A stretch of 20,000 nt of DNA, from the IMG/VR virus record IMGVR_UViG_3300013923_000004, positions 58,316 through 78,315 of that record; one strand, written 5' to 3'. Each line of letters starts with the position of its first letter. Position 1 is the first letter of the stretch. This document shows, piece after piece, positions 15,737 to 20,000 of the stretch. The stretch is from an uncultured virus (IMG/VR IMGVR_UViG_3300013923_000004) (Duplodnaviria > Heunggongvirae > Uroviricota > Caudoviricetes). Made by a program: the position numbers and the translations under genes. The notes beneath the pieces were generated by a model. It did not search any database. It was given only the letters and a program-made list of their open reading frames with translations, and had not been told where the DNA came from.

Positions 15737-16363
15737 ATGGAAACTATGCGCATCTACGTCGCATGCCTCGCCAGCTACAACAACGGCCGACTTCACGGGG
15801 CCTGGTTCGACCTCGATGACTATGTCGATGCCGAGGATCTGAGCAGGGCCGTCAAGGAGCAGGTGCTCCTCACCAGCCCTTACCCGAACGTGATGGTCGA
15901 GTGCATTGCCTGCGGCGGTGACGGCATCAACCCCAACGAATCCGACAGCATCTGCAAGACCTGCCACGGCACCGGTGAAGTCCCCTCCGCCGAGGAAACA
16001 GCGATTCATGATTTCGAAGGGTTCCCCGAGGGCAGCGTTGGCGAGTACACCTCGTTCAGCCGCCTCTACGAGATCCGCAAGCGGATCGAGGAAGCTGAGG
16101 AAGAGTTCGGCGACGAAGGCCAGGAGATCCTGGAGGCGTTCGAACACTGTTTCGGTACGGACGACACGCCGATCAGAACGATACGCGATGCCTATCGTGG
16201 CAAGTACAGCAGCGGCGCCGAAATGGAGCAGGAATTCGCAGTCGAGACCGGCCAGATCAAGGAAGACAGCCCCTATTTCCACTACATCGACTGGGAGCAG
16301 GTCTGGAAGGACGACTGCGACATCAGCGAGCACAACGGCCACTTTTTCTGGAGCAACTGGTGA
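15737..16363 (+). CDS. ardA: ArdA antirestriction protein (type I R-M DNA mimic) with an inserted CxxCxGxG zinc finger
   Basis: MRIYVACLASYNNGRLHGAWFDL, AEETAIHDFEG, YRGKYSS, YIDWEQVWKD motifs; highly acidic. Confidence 0.88.
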   Translation: METMRIYVACLASYNNGRLHGAWFDLDDYVDAEDLSRAVKEQVLLTSPYPNVMVECIACGGDGINPNESDSICKTCHGTGEVPSAEETAIHDFEGFPEGSVGEYTSFSRLYEIRKRIEEAEEEFGDEGQEILEAFEHCFGTDDTPIRTIRDAYRGKYSSGAEMEQEFAVETGQIKEDSPYFHYIDWEQVWKDDCDISEHNGHFFWSNW

Positions 16364-16881
16364 TGAAATTCACAGGATTCAAGGTAGTTCCGGCTATCTG
16401 CATCGACTTCAGCGACGAGGGCAAGCTGTACTACAGCATCGCCGAGGACCAGGACGCCGAGCTGTTGAACCGCGCGTTCGAGAAGGCTGAATCGGGCCTC
16501 GACGACCTGCCCGATGATCTGCAGCTGGTCTGGGCAGAGCTTGAAACCGGCAGCGTGGCCGTCCGAGAAGTGGGCGACGAGCGCGATGAGTGCCCAGTCA
16601 GCGGTGATTTCTTCGGCTCCGGCAGCATCATTGAAGCCTTCTACGAGAAGGATGGCCAAACCCACAGCTTCGACCTGATCTCCGGCGACGCGGATGACCG
16701 CATCGAGCAGATCTGCGCCGGCCTGAACGCCCTACTGGACGGCCACCGCCAGATGATACTCGCAGCAGCCGCCGGCCTTCGCAGCAAGGCAGCAGTGATG
16801 CGCAACCCAACGTCAGCGGCCTACCACGACCCAGCTCAGATACTCGAGACGGCGGCGCGAGAGTTGGAGGCAGCATGCTGA
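16360..16881 (+). CDS. Acidic hypothetical protein (173 aa)
   Basis: GTGATG coupling to the ardA stop. Confidence 0.75.
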   Translation: MMKFTGFKVVPAICIDFSDEGKLYYSIAEDQDAELLNRAFEKAESGLDDLPDDLQLVWAELETGSVAVREVGDERDECPVSGDFFGSGSIIEAFYEKDGQTHSFDLISGDADDRIEQICAGLNALLDGHRQMILAAAAGLRSKAAVMRNPTSAAYHDPAQILETAARELEAAC

Positions 16882-17045
16882 TGACCCCACGCCGCGGTGA
16901 CTACGTCCGCCGGGCCGACAACCACACCATCACCGGCGTCATCATCAAGGTGAACCGCGACGGCACGATGGACGTTCAAGGCCCATTCCGCCCTCTCATC
17001 AACGAAAAGATCAGTGACTGGCAACTGGCCAGAGGTGAAGCATGA
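16875..17045 (+). CDS. Small SH3/KOW-like protein (56 aa), absent from the ORF track
   Basis: GGAGG RBS; MLMTPRRGDYVRRADNHTITGVIIKVNRDGTMDVQ...; ATGA coupling to 17042. Confidence 0.7.
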   Translation: MLMTPRRGDYVRRADNHTITGVIIKVNRDGTMDVQGPFRPLINEKISDWQLARGEA

Positions 17046-17290
17046 ACCGATTCCAAACCGCAAAGATCGCCCAAGATGGCGCCTGCAACCCCACTCCCAT
17101 CTCCCGCGGCCTGCAGCAAGCGATCTACGAAATCCGCGATGCCGGCGGCGACACCAACACCATCCTGAACGACCCCGCCTGCAGGCTGATCGTCCACCAG
17201 CTGGCCCACCTGTTCAGGGTCAACGACTTCGAGGACTACTCCGAAGCCATGAGCGAGGTTGAGGCCAAATGCAACGAGTCCGCGAGCTAG
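17042..17290 (+). CDS. Hypothetical protein (82 aa)
   Basis: GAGG RBS; QDGACNP...DPACRLIVHQLAHL. Confidence 0.75.
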   Translation: MNRFQTAKIAQDGACNPTPISRGLQQAIYEIRDAGGDTNTILNDPACRLIVHQLAHLFRVNDFEDYSEAMSEVEAKCNESAS

Positions 17291-17517
17291 AGACAAGGAT
17301 CGCTGAACTCTACGAGCGATGGGACCCACTGGCTCTCAGCGCAGAGGAGTTCCACAAGCTGGACGACGAGCTGTACGAACTGGAAGAAGAACTGCTACGC
17401 CTGCTCCTGGAGGACGGGTCATGGCAGAAAAGTATGCAAGGCTCCTCAGAGAGGTCGCCCACCACGAATCGTCGGTGTTTCCGGGGGCGTGGTGGCTCAG
17501 CAACCGATTCAGGGTAA
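17269..17517 (+). CDS. Acidic helical hypothetical protein
   Basis: GAGG RBS; plausible N-terminal 50 aa, but a 97-bp overlap with the next gene. Confidence 0.5.
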   Translation: MQRVRELETRIAELYERWDPLALSAEEFHKLDDELYELEEELLRLLLEDGSWQKSMQGSSERSPTTNRRCFRGRGGSATDSG

Positions 17518-17777
17518 TCGACGAGGAAGGTAGAGACCTGATCGACCCAGCCGAATGGCCTCAGTTTCGCAAGCTGGCGGAGCAGCAAGCGGCAGAGTTG
17601 GGGTACAACCTGCTCGAGGAGGACACCGGCGACCGCCGGCGACTGCTCATCTACCGCGCCGCGAAGGACTTTGACCAGGCGCTGCTGATCAAGCGGGATG
17701 CTTGGCGCCGAGGGCGCGACTGTCTCACCAGGAAGTTCGAGAACGGCAGCTACGGGACCTGGGAGGTCTATTCATAG
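17421..17777 (+). CDS. Hypothetical protein (118 aa, MAEKYARLL...)
   Basis: GGAGGA RBS before ATG 17421. Confidence 0.72.
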   Translation: MAEKYARLLREVAHHESSVFPGAWWLSNRFRVIDEEGRDLIDPAEWPQFRKLAEQQAAELGYNLLEEDTGDRRRLLIYRAAKDFDQALLIKRDAWRRGRDCLTRKFENGSYGTWEVYS

Positions 17778-17828
17778 CGGCAAACCTGTATTACTGTATT
17801 TCCTTATAGTGTACAACGAGGACGACGT

Positions 17829-18047
17829 ATGAGCTTCTCTCGCTTCCTCGCCGGCTGGGTGATGGCAGCGTACACGCTCGGCACTTGCCTGCAGCTAATG
17901 GGACCCGTAGTTGCAGGCCCGTTGCCGGAGCCCACAGCTATTCACAGCTGTCCGACAAAATTGGTCATCCACGGAGTAGGCAAGGACCTGAAGAGTTACC
18001 AACGCACGCTGGACCGCTGTTCCGGGGAGGGAATGGCGCGGCGATGA
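17829..18047 (+). CDS. Small putative exported or membrane protein
   Basis: GAGGA RBS; hydrophobic N-terminus; TATAGT -10-like element at 17805-17810. Confidence 0.6.
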   Translation: MSFSRFLAGWVMAAYTLGTCLQLMGPVVAGPLPEPTAIHSCPTKLVIHGVGKDLKSYQRTLDRCSGEGMARR

Positions 18048-18082
18048 AGTAAAAGAAAATTTGAATATTGAAGGAATGAAAA

Positions 18083-18310
18083 ATGAAGATCTCTGCTCAG
18101 CAAACACCCCAAGGGCCAATCTATTTCCGCGACGGCGAACCGATCACCTGGAGGGAGGTGTCGGCCGAGACCGGGTTGGACCGCAGCCTGTCCAGACTCC
18201 TGCTCAAGAAAGCCGCAGCATCCGGTGAGGAAATCACTGACCTGCGCGCCTGGCGGGATCGCAACGTGCTCATCTGGAAGCTCGAAAACGAACTCCTGGC
18301 ATCTGCATAA
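18083..18310 (+). CDS. Small protein, possible HTH
   Basis: AAGGA RBS; ITWREVSAETGLDRSLSRLLL resembles a helix-turn-helix. Confidence 0.6.
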   Translation: MKISAQQTPQGPIYFRDGEPITWREVSAETGLDRSLSRLLLKKAAASGEEITDLRAWRDRNVLIWKLENELLASA

Positions 18311-18318
18311 CCGTATTC

Positions 18319-18352
18319 CTGTATTTACACTAATAATGTAAACCAGTAGTAT
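18319..18352 (+). promoter_or_regulatory. Putative promoter for the xis unit with an operator-like motif over the -35
   Basis: CTGTATTTACAC at 18319-18330; TTTACA-N17-TAGTAT. Confidence 0.5.
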
Positions 18353-18382
18353 GGTAAACCTCAGACAGGGGCGGACAACCTA

Positions 18383-18577
18383 GTGAATGACGCAGTAGAA
18401 ATGGTGCTTTCAGCACTGGAACAAACGCCCCGCCAGGCAGAGGACCGGCATGTCGAGGCGAGCCTTACCTTCGAGCTGCCGCACGCCCTGGGGTGCGGAT
18501 CACCTGAACTGCTCGCCAGGAAGATAGCCCACGACATCCGACGGCTCGAGATCATGATGGAGAAGACAAAGCGATGA
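18383..18577 (+). CDS. Hypothetical protein (64 aa)
   Basis: ATGA coupling with xis; start uncertain. Confidence 0.55.
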   Translation: MNDAVEMVLSALEQTPRQAEDRHVEASLTFELPHALGCGSPELLARKIAHDIRRLEIMMEKTKR

Positions 18578-18771
18578 CCGAGGTAGCCAAGAAATTCATT
18601 TCCACGTCCGAATTGTGTCAGCGATACGGAAAGACTCCTCGGACCATCGCCCGGTGGCCGTCAACCAGGGGCTTTCCAAAGCCGGCCATCAGCCACAGCG
18701 GGTCCGAGAACCTCTACCTCTTGGAGGATGTGGAAGCGTGGGAGCAGGCGGCAATGCAGAAGGAGGCCTAG
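18574..18771 (+). CDS. xis: Excisionase / recombination directionality factor (AlpA/TorI-like winged HTH)
   Basis: FISTSELCQRYGKTPRTIARW...GFPKP...YLLEDVEAWE; adjacent to the integrase. Confidence 0.85.
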   Translation: MTEVAKKFISTSELCQRYGKTPRTIARWPSTRGFPKPAISHSGSENLYLLEDVEAWEQAAMQKEA

Positions 18772-18780
18772 GCCTCCTTC
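18759..18780. repeat. 22-bp perfect palindrome centred on the shared CTAG stop of xis and int
   Basis: GAAGGAGGCCT|AGGCCTCCTTC. Confidence 0.9.
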
Positions 18781-20000
18781 GCTTTTGGTGGCGTCGATAC
18801 GATCGCCATTACCCGGTCAAACCAGGCCTTATACGCTTTTCGTTGTTCTTCTATATATAGGTGGCGGTCGTACACGCCTTGCATCCCCTGTAGGGCGTGA
18901 CCGAGCATCACTTCAGCAACATGCACATCCGTCAGCGTCGAGAAGTTGGTCCGAGCGGTCTTGCGTAGGTCGTAGAGCGACCAGTGCTTCATCTCTACCC
19001 CGTACAGTCGCTTCACGTTCCGCATTACCGACGCTGGCATGCTCAAGGTAGCGTTCACCTCGAGAGGCTTGGGGGCCTTCTCCTGGGTGAACAGCAACCG
19101 CGGGCTGCGGGAATACCTCTTCGCTTCATCAATGAGCGCCTGGACCTCGGCGATCACCGGCCGGCAAATTTCCCGCCGGACACGCTTGCGCACCTTGTTC
19201 TTCTCTGGAGGAACTGTCCATATGCCGGCTTCAGGGTCCAGGTCAGCGACCGGGTCCAGCTCCCGAAGCTCGATGCCACGGCAGCCGAACAATAGGAGGA
19301 GCTTCAGGAATATCTTAGTGCCAGGGGTCATCCTGGACGCTTCGACCCCGTACCAAAACAGTCGAATCTCCTCGTCGCTCAGCGCCCTGCCAGCCGGCTC
19401 CTTCTGGATCATCAGATCCTCGGCAACGGACACATCGATCAACGGCTTGGTCTTCATCAGGCCGCGCCGGTGAGCCCATTTGTGCAGCTGCTTCGTCGTC
19501 TGCAGAATCCGCTCAGCGATGGACGGGGTGTTGTCAGCAACCGCTTCGATGAGAGTGAGCCACTGGTGAGCGGTGGTCTGGTCCGCCGGCAGTTTTCCCA
19601 GTTTGGGGAAGACGTGGATCTCGAAGCTGCGCAGATAGTCATCCGCCTGCAGCTTGTTCTCCACGCAGTAGTTCGTGTGCCATTCCCGGTACAGCTGTTC
19701 GTTGGTCCAGACCTGGGCAAACTCACTGCGCTCGGCAGTGCGTACATGGCGAGGGTCACGCCCCTTCTCCAGTTCTGTACGCAGCCGCTGGTGTTCTGTA
19801 CGCGCTTCCCTCAGCGAGAGAAGCGGATATGTACCTAGGTCGAGCCGGGCCGGCTTTCCGCCGAACCGGTACCTCATCTGGAAAACGATCTTGCCGGTGG
19901 CGGAAACGCGAACGCCAAAGCCCTCGCCGTCAGCCTTCTCGATAGCCGTCTCGTGCGGCTTCTTGTGGTGGGCTTTCAGCCAGGAGTCTGACAAAGCCAT
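18768..20000 (-). CDS. int: P4-like tyrosine integrase with N-terminal arm-binding (DUF4102-type) domain
   Basis: DGEGFGVRVSATGKIVFQMRYRFGGKPARLDLGTYPLLSLREAR; catalytic motifs GCR, YDLRKT, LGH, GVYD. Confidence 0.95.
   Translation of the reverse strand: MALSDSWLKAHHKKPHETAIEKADGEGFGVRVSATGKIVFQMRYRFGGKPARLDLGTYPLLSLREARTEHQRLRTELEKGRDPRHVRTAERSEFAQVWTNEQLYREWHTNYCVENKLQADDYLRSFEIHVFPKLGKLPADQTTAHQWLTLIEAVADNTPSIAERILQTTKQLHKWAHRRGLMKTKPLIDVSVAEDLMIQKEPAGRALSDEEIRLFWYGVEASRMTPGTKIFLKLLLLFGCRGIELRELDPVADLDPEAGIWTVPPEKNKVRKRVRREICRPVIAEVQALIDEAKRYSRSPRLLFTQEKAPKPLEVNATLSMPASVMRNVKRLYGVEMKHWSLYDLRKTARTNFSTLTDVHVAEVMLGHALQGMQGVYDRHLYIEEQRKAYKAWFDRVMAIVSTPPKAKEA

Larger units (their letters stand above)
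1..20000. mobile_element. Temperate phage/prophage early-accessory arm ending in xis-int module
   Basis: Dense co-oriented small ORFs with ATGA/GTGA/TAATG overlaps; Bro-N, KilA-N, NinX-like, ArdA, Xis and tyrosine integrase. Element boundaries are not visible in the window. Confidence 0.85.

Noticed and set aside
174..17588. Numerous minus-strand ORFs (e.g. 174..908, 3298..4155, 15623..16342)
   Set aside because: They are antisense shadows of GC-rich + strand genes that have RBSs and coupling, and they show no recognisable motifs.
9746..17777. Naming specific anti-CRISPR or Aca genes
   Set aside because: No ORF matches an Acr or Aca sequence I can recognise; acidity alone is not sufficient.
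18772..20000. att site
   Set aside because: The window ends exactly at the integrase start codon, so any att core upstream of int would lie outside it.

Overview
GC-rich (Pseudomonas-like codon usage, by eye) integrase-proximal arm of a temperate phage or prophage. About 47 tightly packed, mostly translationally coupled + strand genes end in an excisionase (18574-18771) that converges on a P4-type tyrosine integrase (- strand, 18768-20000). Recognisable products: Bro-N protein, KilA-N antirepressor-like protein preceded by a C4-type antisense RNA, NinX/DUF2591-like protein, DUF3768 protein, ArdA antirestriction protein with an inserted zinc finger, and many small acidic or Cys-rich ORFs (probable anti-defence/early region). 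No structural or lysis genes are visible. The most unusual non-coding signals are: (i) an array of six long palindromes at 3967-4234 that contains an apparent frameshifted Bro-N gene fragment, paralleled by a perfect 40-bp palindrome inside the KilA-N ORF; (ii) a 12-bp CTGTAWWTACAG-type palindrome repeated in most intergenic gaps; (iii) an origin-like AT-rich region with a perfect DnaA box in front of a 476-aa orphan ORF. All family calls are from motif recognition by eye; no searches were run.
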